From contig CAXTBA010000014.1 in assembly GCA_964242665.1 (NCBI GenBank), forward strand, positions 7,885 through 71,884: a DNA stretch of 64,000 bases, read 5' to 3'. The notes beneath the pieces were generated by a model. That model saw only the letters and a list, made by a program, of their open reading frames with translations. It ran no database searches and was not told the DNA's origin. This DNA is from an uncultured Hymenobacter sp. Its GTDB lineage: Bacteria; Bacteroidota; Bacteroidia; Cytophagales; Hymenobacteraceae. Positions 9,805-19,388 of the stretch are shown here, piece after piece (the stretch's first letter is position 1; each line of letters starts with the position of its first letter). Position numbers and translations under genes: made by a program.

Positions 9805-10353
9805 CTACTTCAACACAACGGCCCCCATTACGGCCTGGGCCACGGGCTGCCATTGGGGCTGCTCGTTGGCCGGCGCGTCGAAGGTGAACACGTACATCTG
9901 GTCCTTTACCACCGTGTACTGCACGGCCTGGTACTTGCGAATAGAAGCCAACTGGTCGCCGCGCCGCGTATCGGCCACCGTTGAGACAAACTCAAACAAC
10001 ACGAAATCGTGCCCATGTACCTGGCGCACTTCCTGCTTCGAAAACTCCACCTTTGAGTAAAGCCGCTGGATGCTGGCCTTGTAAATCTGGAGCAGCACGT
10101 TGTAGTCGGGGGCCTGGAAATCAGTTGGCCGGGCGGCCACGCTGAAATTGACGCGGCCATTGGGGCTGCTGTACACGGCCAGGGGCTTGCGGGCAGCCGG
10201 GTACTTAGCGGCGATGCCGTCGTCGGGCAGGGGCGCGAATCCTTCCGGCACGCCCACCGTCAGGCCCGGGCCCAGCTTGGTGGCGGTAAGCTTGGGGCCC
10301 GGCGCGAAACCGGCCAGGCCCAGCCCGAGCAGCAGCAGCAAAGATATTCTCAT
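9805..10353 (-). CDS. Exported hypothetical protein
   Basis: N-terminal signal peptide, genome-typical codon usage; fold not recognised (possibly PsbP/DcrB-like). Confidence 0.7.
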   Translation of the reverse strand: MRISLLLLLGLGLAGFAPGPKLTATKLGPGLTVGVPEGFAPLPDDGIAAKYPAARKPLAVYSSPNGRVNFSVAARPTDFQAPDYNVLLQIYKASIQRLYSKVEFSKQEVRQVHGHDFVLFEFVSTVADTRRGDQLASIRKYQAVQYTVVKDQMYVFTFDAPANEQPQWQPVAQAVMGAVVLK

Positions 10354-10378
10354 GAGCAAGCGGGTGAGCAGCTGAAAA

Positions 10379-10813
10379 CTATTGGCGCACCGTAGGATAC
10401 TTGATTCTCACCTTTTTCCAGTACACATAATTGCCGGTTTTGGCCTCCACCAGGTACGTACCGGCCGGAATTTTACCTAAATCTACCGGGGCCCCGGTGT
10501 TGGTAGCCGGGTCGAGCGGCGTGGTGTAAATGACGCGGTTTTTGTAGTCCGTCATCGTCAGCACGCCCGGCTTGCTGAACTGCTGCGTGAAGCTGAGCAT
10601 GATGCTGGGCGCGTTGGGTTTGGGAAAAACGTCGATGCCCGACAAGGTTTCCACGCGCTTCACGGGGCCATCGAGCGTCACGGTGCCGGCCGTGCCCTTG
10701 GTTTTTATCACCACGGCATCGTCCTTGGCTTTGGTCTTGATTTTGGTTTGGGCCTGGGCCGAGCCAGCGGCCAGCAGGGCGGCGGCCAGGGCGAAAAGGT
10801 GGAGTAGTTTCAT
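10379..10813 (-). CDS. Small secreted protein with T9SS type-A CTD-like C-terminus
   Basis: Signal peptide (AQA|Q); VFPKP...GKIPAGTYLVEAKTG...KKVRIK resembles a CTD. Confidence 0.7.
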   Translation of the reverse strand: MKLLHLFALAAALLAAGSAQAQTKIKTKAKDDAVVIKTKGTAGTVTLDGPVKRVETLSGIDVFPKPNAPSIMLSFTQQFSKPGVLTMTDYKNRVIYTTPLDPATNTGAPVDLGKIPAGTYLVEAKTGNYVYWKKVRIKYPTVRQ

Positions 10814-10911
10814 GGATAAAAAAGGTTGAAAGAACAAAAGAACGCAGATACGGCTGCCCATTACATCTAGTGTGCCAAAGTAGGGCCCCTGCCGAAAGCA
10901 AAGCGGGCCGT

Positions 10912-10941
10912 TTTGCCCCGCCGGCTTAGGCCCTAACTTTG
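10912..10941 (+). promoter_or_regulatory. -33/-7 promoter for aspS
   Basis: TTTG (10912-10915) and TAACTTTG (10934-10941). Confidence 0.6.
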
Positions 10942-11006
10942 CCCGGCTGCCCACCGGCGCGTTTGGTTACTAATAGTCAAAATTTGGGCTCACCAGGCTT
11001 CCAAAT

Positions 11007-11043
11007 CTAATAATTGCTAGCTGCCAACTGATAACTGATAGTC
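11007..11043. repeat. Single arm of heptamer tandem units upstream of aspS
   Basis: CTAATAA TTGCTAG CTGCCAA CTGATAA CTGATAG immediately before the ATG. Confidence 0.55.
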
Positions 11044-11046
11044 AAG

Positions 11047-12810
11047 ATGCTACGAACTCATACCTGCGGCGAGCTCCGCGCCGAACACATTGGCCAAACC
11101 GTCACACTCTGCGGCTGGGTGCAGCGCACCCGCGACAAAGGCGGCATTGCCTGGGTGGACCTGCGCGACCGGTACGGCCTCACCCAACTGGCCCTGGAAG
11201 AAGGCGTGGAAACCGACGCCGTGCGCAACCAGGCCCGCCACCTCGGCCGCGAATACGTGGTGCAGGTGACCGGCCGGGTGGCCGAGCGCCACTCCAAAAA
11301 CGACAAAATGCCCACCGGCGACATCGAAATCCGGGTGGAGAAACTGGACGTGCTCAACCCCGCCAAGCTGCCGCCCTTCCTCATCGAAGACGACACCGAC
11401 GGCGGCGACGACCTGCGGATGAAGTACCGCTACCTCGACCTGCGCCGCAACCCCGTGCGCAACAACCTGATGCTGCGCCACCGCATGGCCCAGGCCGTGC
11501 GCCGCTACCTCGACGGCCAGGAGTTCATCGAAGTCGAAACCCCGGTACTCATCAAAAGCACGCCCGAAGGGGCCCGCGACTTCGTGGTGCCCTCGCGCAT
11601 GAACCCCGGCGAATTTTATGCCCTGCCGCAGTCGCCCCAGACGTTCAAGCAGCTGCTAATGGTGTCGGGCTTCGACCGGTACTTTCAGATTGTGAAGTGC
11701 TTCCGCGACGAAGACCTGCGCGCCGACCGCCAGCCCGAGTTCACGCAGATTGACTGCGAAATGGCTTTCGTGACGCAGGAAGACATCCTGAACACGTTCG
11801 AAGGCCTGGTGCGCTACCTGTTCAAGGAAATCAAAAACCTCGATTTCCCCACCGTGCCCCGCATGACTTACGCCGACGCCATGCGCGACTACGGCAACGA
11901 CAAGCCCGATACGCGCTTCGAAATGAAGTTTGTGGACCTCACCGAAACCGTAAAAGGCCAGGGCTTCCCGGTGTTCGACAGCGCCGAAGTGGTGCTGGGC
12001 ATCAACGCTATCACCTGCGCCGCCTACACCCGCAAGCAGCTCGACGAGCTGACCGACTTCGTGAAGCGCCCGCAAATCGGGGCCACGGGCCTCATCTACG
12101 CCCGCGTGGAAGCCGACGGCCAGGTAAAATCATCCGTCGACAAGTTCTACTCGCAGGACGAGCTGCGCAAGTGGAGCGCCGCCCTCAGCGCCAACCCCGG
12201 CGACCTGCTGCTGCTGCTGGCGGGCCCCGACGCCAAAACCCGCAAGGCCCTGAGCGAGCTGCGCCTCGAAATGGGCCACCGCCTGGGCCTGCGCGCCAAA
12301 GACACGTTCTCGCCGCTGTGGGTGGTCGATTTCCCGCTGCTCGAATTCCTTGAAGAGGAGGGCCGCTACTTCGCCATGCACCACCCCTTCACCTCGCCCA
12401 AGCCCGACGACTTAGCCCTGCTCGACAACCCCGCCACCATCGGCCAGGCCCGCGCCAACGCCTACGACCTGGTAATCAACGGCGTGGAAGTGGGGGGAGG
12501 ATCCATCCGCATCCACGACCGGGCCGTACAAGCCCGCATGTTCGGCCTGCTCGGCTTCTCGCCCGAAGAGGCCCAGGCCCAGTTCGGCTTCCTGCTCGAC
12601 GCCTTCGAGTACGGGGCCCCGCCCCACGGCGGCATCGCCTTCGGCTTCGATCGCCTCTGCTCCCTGTTCGGCGGGGCCGACTCCATCCGCGACTTCATCG
12701 CCTTCCCCAAAAACAACTCCGGCCGCGACGTGATGATCGACTCGCCCTCGCCCATCTCCGGGGCCCAATTGAAGGAATTGAGCATTAAGACCGATGTGGT
12801 GGCAAAGTAG
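11047..12810 (+). CDS. aspS: Aspartate--tRNA ligase
   Basis: [48 protein letters not shown]. Confidence 0.98.
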   Translation: MLRTHTCGELRAEHIGQTVTLCGWVQRTRDKGGIAWVDLRDRYGLTQLALEEGVETDAVRNQARHLGREYVVQVTGRVAERHSKNDKMPTGDIEIRVEKLDVLNPAKLPPFLIEDDTDGGDDLRMKYRYLDLRRNPVRNNLMLRHRMAQAVRRYLDGQEFIEVETPVLIKSTPEGARDFVVPSRMNPGEFYALPQSPQTFKQLLMVSGFDRYFQIVKCFRDEDLRADRQPEFTQIDCEMAFVTQEDILNTFEGLVRYLFKEIKNLDFPTVPRMTYADAMRDYGNDKPDTRFEMKFVDLTETVKGQGFPVFDSAEVVLGINAITCAAYTRKQLDELTDFVKRPQIGATGLIYARVEADGQVKSSVDKFYSQDELRKWSAALSANPGDLLLLLAGPDAKTRKALSELRLEMGHRLGLRAKDTFSPLWVVDFPLLEFLEEEGRYFAMHHPFTSPKPDDLALLDNPATIGQARANAYDLVINGVEVGGGSIRIHDRAVQARMFGLLGFSPEEAQAQFGFLLDAFEYGAPPHGGIAFGFDRLCSLFGGADSIRDFIAFPKNNSGRDVMIDSPSPISGAQLKELSIKTDVVAK

Positions 12811-12833
12811 GATTTGCCGAAACTATTGGAAAT

Positions 12834-12872
12834 GGGAGCGGCGACTGAGATATTAGTTGCCGCTCTCGTTTT
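12834..12872. terminator. Hairpin after aspS
   Basis: GAGCGGCGACT...AGTTGCCGCTC followed by a T-rich stretch. Confidence 0.6.
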
Positions 12873-12875
12873 GCT

Positions 12876-13343
12876 CTAAATAGAATTACTAGGGCGCATT
12901 AGTTTTTTAATTTCTCTCGAAGAAAGTTTTATAGATTCAGATTGCACCGCAGAATAAAAGGCAAAATCATGTATTCCACCTTTTTCATCGCCAAAAAGAT
13001 ATCCATTAGCCTTCTCTAGCTGTCCTGTAGGAATGGTGTTAAAGTAGTAATCAAGCTTAGCTTTGATTTCGTCTGTAGAACGGGAGATAAAATGTTCAAA
13101 TAATTCACCAATTCCAAAGCTGCCCTTTGCTACAATCATTCTAAAGAAACCTTTTCTGCGTTTCAAGTAACTCCCATAATATCCTAAATCAATAAAGTAT
13201 TCACCAAAATTCGCATATAAAATATCCTCATCAAAATAGTCATAGACATCATCGATAGGTAAATTATTATCAGGCTCTAAGTCGAAAAAATGATTGCAAG
13301 TAACTTTCCAGCCTTGAGGAATATCCAGTGATTTCTTATTCAT
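12876..13343 (-). CDS. AT-rich hypothetical protein, possibly an orphan immunity-type protein
   Basis: Open 155-aa frame with much lower GC than the flanks; acidic/aromatic, IPQGW..N.F, EDIL, IDLGYY. Confidence 0.7.
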   Translation of the reverse strand: MNKKSLDIPQGWKVTCNHFFDLEPDNNLPIDDVYDYFDEDILYANFGEYFIDLGYYGSYLKRRKGFFRMIVAKGSFGIGELFEHFISRSTDEIKAKLDYYFNTIPTGQLEKANGYLFGDEKGGIHDFAFYSAVQSESIKLSSREIKKLMRPSNSI

Positions 13344-13399
13344 ATTAAATGGTTGATCAAAAAACAATTGCTAATTTACAAGTGAGTTATTAATTAATC

Positions 13400-13612
13400 A
13401 TGCCTTTCCGCCTCGACCGCACCGCTCATCACGCTGGAACCCATGAGCAAGCGGCGGAATACCACGCCCAAAACCAGCCCGCCACGCCCGTTGAGCGCTT
13501 GCGGGCCGCCGCCTACCTTAATAGTGTCGCGTTTGGCTACGACATGGATAATCCGCCCCGGCTCGACCGGACGGCATTTGCCACGCGTCGGCACGCGCAC
13601 CGTAATGAGTAA
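13400..13612 (+). CDS. Small hypothetical protein coupled to a nucleotidyltransferase (antitoxin-like partner)
   Basis: 70 aa; stop overlaps the next ATG by 8 nt; RLDRTA occurs twice. Confidence 0.7.
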   Translation: MPFRLDRTAHHAGTHEQAAEYHAQNQPATPVERLRAAAYLNSVAFGYDMDNPPRLDRTAFATRRHAHRNE

Positions 13613-14071
13613 CCTGTTTAACGCCGATTTTCAAGATTTCTTGCGGGCCTTTCGGCTGCACGACGTGCGGTACGTGCTGGTGGGCGGCTATTCAGTCATT
13701 CTGCACGGTTACAGCCGAACCACTGGCCACCTGGATTTGTGGGTGGAGAAATCGGCCGAAAATTACGCTCGGCTCACACAGGCCTTCGCTGATTTTGGGA
13801 TGCCGGTTTTCGACATGACGGCGCATAACTTCCTGGATAACCCGGCAATGGATGTTTTCACATTCGGCCGGCCCCTGTTGCCATTGATATTATTACCGAT
13901 CTAAAAGGACTGATTTTTGCCGATGCGTATGCCGCCGCAACCGATGCTGAGGTAGACGGATTGGTTGTTAGGCTCATCCTTTACCAGCATTTAGTGGAAG
14001 CCAAAAAAGCTGCCGGCCGCCCACGCGACCAGAACGATTTAGAAAACCTGAACAAGCGAAAAAAAGAGTAA
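13605..14071 (+). pseudogene. Frameshifted minimal nucleotidyltransferase (DUF6036-like)
   Basis: YVLVGGYSVILHGYSRTTGHLD; a -1 shift at the C4 run (13872-13875) continues PVAIDII...KKAAGRPRDQNDLE to TAA 14071. Confidence 0.8.
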
Positions 14072-14104
14072 TAACTATTTCAACCGAATAACAACGTTTG
14101 TGAG

Positions 14105-14494
14105 ATGCAAGAGTATTGCCGACTGTATTTTTACCATGAATCGCCGCACTCTTTCCCGCTACTGGTCATGTTGACGCAGGAAAATTTGGTGCCGCCCAAG
14201 ATTTTTGAGCAGAGCGTTGAATATTATGATGTTTGCGCGCAATAGCCGAAGTACCAATACTTACGCCGCAAACGCAGCTGGTTGCTTCCGAGCTGCGGCG
14301 GCGACACCCCGCCGCGCTTGCTGATGCTGCGCCAAAACCTGAGCAACGCAGAATTTGTGCCCATCGCGCCGGAGCCCGAAGCTGGTCAATTGCCTAAGCG
14401 CCCCCGCAGTCGCTCGCCCAGGCCAACACCTGAGGTAGAAGGCATCTTGCCGCCCAAGCGGCGCGGCCGGCACCCCAAGAACACGAATTGTTAA
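14105..14494 (+). pseudogene. Possible amber-interrupted ORF with a basic AT-hook-like tail
   Basis: ATG 14105, in-frame TAG 14243-14245, frame continues to TAA 14494; ends KRRGRHPK. Confidence 0.35.
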
Positions 14495-14497
14495 AAA

Positions 14498-14526
14498 CCA
14501 AAAAAGCGCCCACCGGACGCTTTTGG
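14498..14526. terminator. Terminator closing the nuo operon after nuoJ
   Basis: CCAAAAAAGCGCCC-ACC-GGACGCTTTTGG hairpin with a U-tract on the minus strand. Confidence 0.7.
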
Positions 14527-14548
14527 AGTCTTTTATTGAGGAGATACG

Positions 14549-15055
14549 TTAGAAATTCCGCTCGCCCGTTTCGCGCTTGCCCAGCATTACCGAACCCACC
14601 ATAGCAGCCAGCAGCAAGATAGAAGCCAACTCAAACGGCAACTGGTATTGCTGGAATAATACCAAGCCTAGCTTGTCCACCATGCCCACTTGCGAGTTGA
14701 AGGTGGTAGGGTTGTAGCCGGCGGGTTCCACATTACGCAGGGCCGCTACGAGCACCAGCAGCAGCATTCCTCCGGCGATGGTGGCCGCCACTTTGGCCAA
14801 CAGGGGCTTCTGGGGTTCCGTGGCTTCGTTCAGGTTCAGAAACATGATAACGAACAGGAATAGCACCATGATGGCCCCGGCATATACGATGATGTTCATG
14901 GCGGCCAGGAACTGCGCGTTCAACAACAAGTAGTGACCCGAAAGCGTGAAGAACGTGAGGATGAGAAACAGCACGCTGTGCACCGGGTTTTTGGCCAGTA
15001 CCACGCCCAATGCACTCAAGAGGGCCACAAACGTCAGGAAAAGAAAGAGGGACAT
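14549..15055 (-). CDS. nuoJ: NADH-quinone oxidoreductase subunit J
   Basis: KNPVHSVL, IIVYAGAIMVLFLFVIM, PFELASILLL. Confidence 0.95.
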   Translation of the reverse strand: MSLFLFLTFVALLSALGVVLAKNPVHSVLFLILTFFTLSGHYLLLNAQFLAAMNIIVYAGAIMVLFLFVIMFLNLNEATEPQKPLLAKVAATIAGGMLLLVLVAALRNVEPAGYNPTTFNSQVGMVDKLGLVLFQQYQLPFELASILLLAAMVGSVMLGKRETGERNF

Positions 15056-15111
15056 ACAGTAGGCAGTAAGGCTGAGCGCCGCCTGGCGAGTTAAATAACG
15101 GAAAGCGGGCC

Positions 15112-15678
15112 CTAGGCCAGCTGGGTGCGCAGCGTGTCGGCTTGCTCGAGCGTGAGTTGGATGCCCCGCTTTGAGCGGGTATCCGGCGACACGGGTTCCA
15201 CGAGCCGGTCTTTGCCGTAAATGAACTCGTCGCGCTCGAAGCGCGGCGGGGCCATCTTGTCGGCTTGCAGGTAGATGGCAGCTTTCGGGCAGGCTTCTTC
15301 GCACAAGCCGCAGAAGATGCAGCGCAGCATGTTGATTTCGTAGCTGACGGCGTATTTTTCCTCGCGGTAGAGGTTCTGCTCGCCTTTCTTGCGTTCACCG
15401 GCCACCATCGTGATGGCTTCAGCGGGGCAGGCCACGGCGCACAGGCCACAAGCCGTGCAGCGCTCGCGGCCCTGCTCGTCGCGCTTCAGCACGTGCAGGC
15501 CCCGGAATACGGGCGAAAATGGCCGCGTCTCTTCCGGGTAGCGAATAGTGGCCTTCTTCATGAAGAAGTGGCGTAGCGTGATGCTCAAGCCCTGGAAAAT
15601 AGCCGGCAGGTAAGCCCGCTCTGCGAGCGTCATCGGCTTCTTCTCCAGAATTTTAGCGCGGTTGCTGAGGGATTGCAT
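15112..15678 (-). CDS. nuoI: NADH-quinone oxidoreductase subunit I
   Basis: Two 4Fe-4S motifs, CTACGLCAVACP and CIFCGLCEEACP. Confidence 0.96.
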   Translation of the reverse strand: MQSLSNRAKILEKKPMTLAERAYLPAIFQGLSITLRHFFMKKATIRYPEETRPFSPVFRGLHVLKRDEQGRERCTACGLCAVACPAEAITMVAGERKKGEQNLYREEKYAVSYEINMLRCIFCGLCEEACPKAAIYLQADKMAPPRFERDEFIYGKDRLVEPVSPDTRSKRGIQLTLEQADTLRTQLA

Positions 15679-15712
15679 GATGGATCGAAGGAAAAACAAG
15701 TATTACGGGGCC

Positions 15713-16807
15713 CTATTTGATAATGCCGAACGTAATCAAACCGCCCGTGAGCAGGATGTTAAAGATGGCTAGCGGGATAAGAATAGTCCAGCCCAGGCGC
15801 ATCAATTGGTCGTAGCGGAAGCGTGGCAACGTCCAGCGTATCCACATGAAAAAGAAGATGAAAGCAAATATTTTTGCAAATAGCCCCACTGCGCCCAGCA
15901 CGGTGATGATATTTTGGGCCGTAATTAATTCGAGGCCCCGCGACGACGCGAGCCAGTCGCGAAACTCGTACTGAAACGGGAAGTTGAACCCGCCGAAATA
16001 CAGCACACTCATCACGGCCGAAACCACGAAAATGTTGATGTACTCGGAAAACAAGTACAAGCCCAGCTTCATCGAGCTGTACTCGGTGTGGTAGCCGCCC
16101 ACCAGCTCGGTTTCGCACTCGGGCAGGTCAAAGGGCGTGCGGTTGGTTTCAGCAAAGGCGCAAACCAGAAAAATGACGAAGCCCAGCGGCTGCTTCATAA
16201 TATTCCAGTTGAAAATGTCGCGCCACACGAACGGAGCGTCCGAAGCTTGCTGTAAGGTGATTTCGCGCAGCGACAACGTGTGCGAAATCATCAGCACCGC
16301 AATCAGGGCCAACCCCATTGCCAGCTCGTAACTGATGTTCTGTGAAGCGGCGCGAATGGCCCCCAGCAGCGAAAACTTGTTGTTGGAAGCCCAGCCGCCA
16401 ATCATCAGCCCGTACACACCCAGCGACACGATGCCGAAAATGTAGAGCATTCCCACGTTGATTTCGATGCCCTGCAAATGCACTACCGTGCTGCCGAATT
16501 GCACAGCGTTGCCGAATGGAATGACGGCCGACGACATCAAGGCCGTGGTCATGGCCAGGCAGGGCCCGAAAGTAAATAAGGCTTTGTTGGCCCCGCCGGG
16601 GAAGAATTCTTCCTTCGTGAACATCTTCACGGCGTCGGCTAGAGGCTGGGCCAAGCCGTAAGGACCGGCGCGGTCGGGGCCCACCCGGTCTTGTAGGAAA
16701 GCGGCAATCACGCGCTCGGCGTAGGTGCAGTAAGTGGCAATCAGCAGCGAGAGGCCGAAGATGACCAGAATGACGAGGCCTTGCCAGCCCAGGGTTTCGA
16801 AAGTCAT
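15713..16807 (-). CDS. nuoH: NADH-quinone oxidoreductase subunit H
   Basis: QDRVGP, QPLADAVK, AETNRTPFDLPE, PRFRYDQLM. Confidence 0.97.
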   Translation of the reverse strand: MTFETLGWQGLVILVIFGLSLLIATYCTYAERVIAAFLQDRVGPDRAGPYGLAQPLADAVKMFTKEEFFPGGANKALFTFGPCLAMTTALMSSAVIPFGNAVQFGSTVVHLQGIEINVGMLYIFGIVSLGVYGLMIGGWASNNKFSLLGAIRAASQNISYELAMGLALIAVLMISHTLSLREITLQQASDAPFVWRDIFNWNIMKQPLGFVIFLVCAFAETNRTPFDLPECETELVGGYHTEYSSMKLGLYLFSEYINIFVVSAVMSVLYFGGFNFPFQYEFRDWLASSRGLELITAQNIITVLGAVGLFAKIFAFIFFFMWIRWTLPRFRYDQLMRLGWTILIPLAIFNILLTGGLITFGIIK

Positions 16808-16814
16808 TTTATTG

Positions 16815-16904
16815 AGCTGTTGGCTAATAGCTGCTAGCTATTAGCTTTTCACAATGCATTAAAAAAACGTGCAACCAACAGCTAGCAGCTATTAGCCAAC
16901 GGCT
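16815..16904. repeat. Heptamer inverted repeat (GCTATTA type) between nuoG and nuoH
   Basis: Arms 16815-16842 and 16877-16904 are 26/28 complementary. Confidence 0.85.
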
Positions 16905-16910
16905 TGCTAA

Positions 16911-17924
16911 TTAAGACAAGCCGCCCAGTTTCAACGGCGGGTTTTGTTGTAAATCACGCACGGAGCTTTCGGGCAAATCGGCAATAATTTGCGGATTAAT
17001 CACCGGCAACTCGTAGTGGCCCTGCGAAATAACTGACGAGCGGTCGACGTGTGCGGGGCCCTCGATTACCCAGTCCGCTGTCTCTTTTTTGTCGAAGCGG
17101 CATTCGTTGCAAATCCACTCTTTCACTTCGCCGTATTCGTCTTTGCGAGCCGTTACGCGCAGCACGTCTTTGCCTTTGTACCAGAGGGTTACGTGGCCGT
17201 TGCATTTCTCGTGGCTGCACTCGCGGTGGGCGTTCATCGGCTTGGTGAACCACACGCGCTGCTTGAAGCGGAAGGTTTTATCGGTCAGGGCCCCCACCGG
17301 GCACACGTCGATGACGTTGCCGCTGAAGTCGTTGTCAATTACTTGGTCGATGTAGGTGCCGATTTCCGAAGCATCGCCCCGGCCCAGCACGCCGTGCACG
17401 CGGCCGTCGGTGAGCTGGTCGGCGGTGTACACGCAGCGGTAGCACAGGATGCAGCGCGTCATGTGCAGCTGCACGTAGGGCCCAATGTCGATTTTCTCGA
17501 ACGTGCGGCGCTCTTCTTCGTAGCGCGTGGTGCTCACGCCGTGCTCGAAGGCGAAGTTTTGCAGGTCGCACTCGCCGGCCTGGTCGCACACCGGGCAGTC
17601 GAGCGGGTGGTTGATGAGCAGCATCTCCACGATGCCTTTGCGCACGTCGAGCACCTGCGGGCTGGTTGTGTTCTCCACCACCATGCCGTCCTGCACCGGC
17701 GTGACGCACGAAGCCACCAGCTTGGGCATGGGGCGCGGGTCTTTGGCCGAGCCGGCCGCCACGCGCACCAGGCAGGCGCGGCACTTGCCGCCGCTGCCTT
17801 TCAAAGGCGTGTAGTAGCACATGGCGGGCGGCACCACGCCGCCCCCGATTTTGCGGGCCGCGTTGAGGATGGTGGTGCCGTCGGGCACTTCCACCTCAAT
17901 TCCGTCGAAGGTTATTTTAGCCAT
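16911..17924 (-). CDS. nuoG: NADH-quinone oxidoreductase subunit G (short, Fe-S part only)
   Basis: GKCRACLV, HPLDCPVCDQAGECDLQ, RCILCYRC, DVCPVGAL; 337 aa. Confidence 0.93.
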   Translation of the reverse strand: MAKITFDGIEVEVPDGTTILNAARKIGGGVVPPAMCYYTPLKGSGGKCRACLVRVAAGSAKDPRPMPKLVASCVTPVQDGMVVENTTSPQVLDVRKGIVEMLLINHPLDCPVCDQAGECDLQNFAFEHGVSTTRYEEERRTFEKIDIGPYVQLHMTRCILCYRCVYTADQLTDGRVHGVLGRGDASEIGTYIDQVIDNDFSGNVIDVCPVGALTDKTFRFKQRVWFTKPMNAHRECSHEKCNGHVTLWYKGKDVLRVTARKDEYGEVKEWICNECRFDKKETADWVIEGPAHVDRSSVISQGHYELPVINPQIIADLPESSVRDLQQNPPLKLGGLS

Positions 17925-17970
17925 TGGTCAGAATAATTACCGGAATTGAAGCAAGACAAGAGTTATTTCA

Positions 17971-18013
17971 CGCGGTGTTTTGCCGTGTAAAAACGCAGTG
18001 TTTCGCGGTGTTC
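17971..18013. repeat. ~10-bp-period tandem units between nuoF and nuoG
   Basis: CGCGGTGTTT, TGCCGTGT, CGCAGTGTTT, CGCGGTGTTC. Confidence 0.55.
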
Positions 18014-18047
18014 GGATAATTGTTTAATTGCTCTTTAATAATCAAAC

Positions 18048-19388
18048 TTACGCCAGCACGGCCGCGCCACGGAACACGGCCCCCGGCTGCGTTGCCTCGC
18101 GCGGATGCGTCACGTGCCACTCGAATTCGTCGCGGAAGTGGCGCACGGCGGCAGCCACCGGCCACGCCGCCGCCTCGCCCAGCGGGCAGATGGTATTGCC
18201 TTCAATTTGCTTGGCCACGCTCACCACCAGGTCGATGTCGTGCATCGAACCGTGGCCGTGCTCCAAGCGGTGCAGCACTTTTTCCATCCAGCCGGTGCCT
18301 TCGCGGCAGGGCGAGCACTGGCCGCAACTCTCGTGGTGGTAGAAGCGCGAAAAATTCCAAGTGTTCTTTACGATGCACGTCGTTTCGTCCATTGCAATGA
18401 AGCCGCCCGAGCCCAGCATAGTGCCCGTCACAAAGCCGCCGTCGCTGAGCGACTCGTAGGTCATCAGGCGGTTTTCGCCGGCCGCAGTTTTGAGAATCAG
18501 TTCCTTGGGTAGAATCGGCACCGACGAGCCGCCGGCTACTACGGCTTTCAACTCGCGGCCTTTCCAAATGCCGCCGCAGTACTCGTCGGAATAAATAAAC
18601 TCTTCCACCGGCACGCCCAGCTCCAGCTCGTAGATGCCGGGCTTGTTGAGGTGGCCGCAGGCGGAAAACAGTTTAGTGCCCGTGCTTTTGCCCACGCCAA
18701 TCTTGGCGTATTCGTCGCCGCCTAGATTAAGAATGGGCACCACCGCGGCGATGCTTTCCACGTTGTTAACCACCGTGGGGCGGGCGTACAGGCCCTGCAC
18801 GGCCGGAAACGGCGGCTTGTTGCGCGGGTTGCCGCGCTTGCCTTCCAACGATTCCAGCAGCGCGGTTTCTTCGCCGCAGATGTAAGCCCCCGCGCCCGGA
18901 TGCACGTACAAATCAAGCGAATATCCCGAACCCAGAATATTTTCACCCAGAAAACCGGCCGCGTAAGCCTCGGCAATTGCTTTCTCCAAGATGCGCAGCA
19001 CGTACAGCAGTTCACCGCGGATGTAGATGTAGCTCGTGCGGGCCCCCAGGGCGTAACTGCCCGCAATCATGCCCTCAATGAGCAGGTGCGGCAGTTTCGA
19101 CATCAGGTAGCGGTCCTTAAAAGTGCCTGGTTCCGACTCATCGGCGTTGCACACAAGGTAGCGCGGCACGCCCTCCGGTTTGGCCAGAAAGCTCCACTTC
19201 AAGCCCGTAGGGAAGCCCGCGCCGCCGCGCCCGCGCAGGCCCGACTTTTTTACCTCGTCCACGACTTCATCCGGGGTCATGGTCTTCAGGGCCTTCTCTA
19301 CGGCGCGGTAGCCACCGTGTTTGCGGTACACTTCGAAGGTCTCGATGCCTTCGACGTTGACGTGTTCGGTTAATAGCTTGCGGCCCAT
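18048..19388 (-). CDS. nuoF: NADH-quinone oxidoreductase subunit F
   Basis: GRGGAGFP, NADESEPG, GAGAYICGEE, SCGQCSPCREG. Confidence 0.97.
   Translation of the reverse strand: MGRKLLTEHVNVEGIETFEVYRKHGGYRAVEKALKTMTPDEVVDEVKKSGLRGRGGAGFPTGLKWSFLAKPEGVPRYLVCNADESEPGTFKDRYLMSKLPHLLIEGMIAGSYALGARTSYIYIRGELLYVLRILEKAIAEAYAAGFLGENILGSGYSLDLYVHPGAGAYICGEETALLESLEGKRGNPRNKPPFPAVQGLYARPTVVNNVESIAAVVPILNLGGDEYAKIGVGKSTGTKLFSACGHLNKPGIYELELGVPVEEFIYSDEYCGGIWKGRELKAVVAGGSSVPILPKELILKTAAGENRLMTYESLSDGGFVTGTMLGSGGFIAMDETTCIVKNTWNFSRFYHHESCGQCSPCREGTGWMEKVLHRLEHGHGSMHDIDLVVSVAKQIEGNTICPLGEAAAWPVAAAVRHFRDEFEWHVTHPREATQPGAVFRGAAVLA

Noticed and set aside
16911-17924. NuoG as a truncated pseudogene
   Set aside because: Fe-S motifs are intact with a clean stop; short NuoG is, to my knowledge, normal in Bacteroidota.
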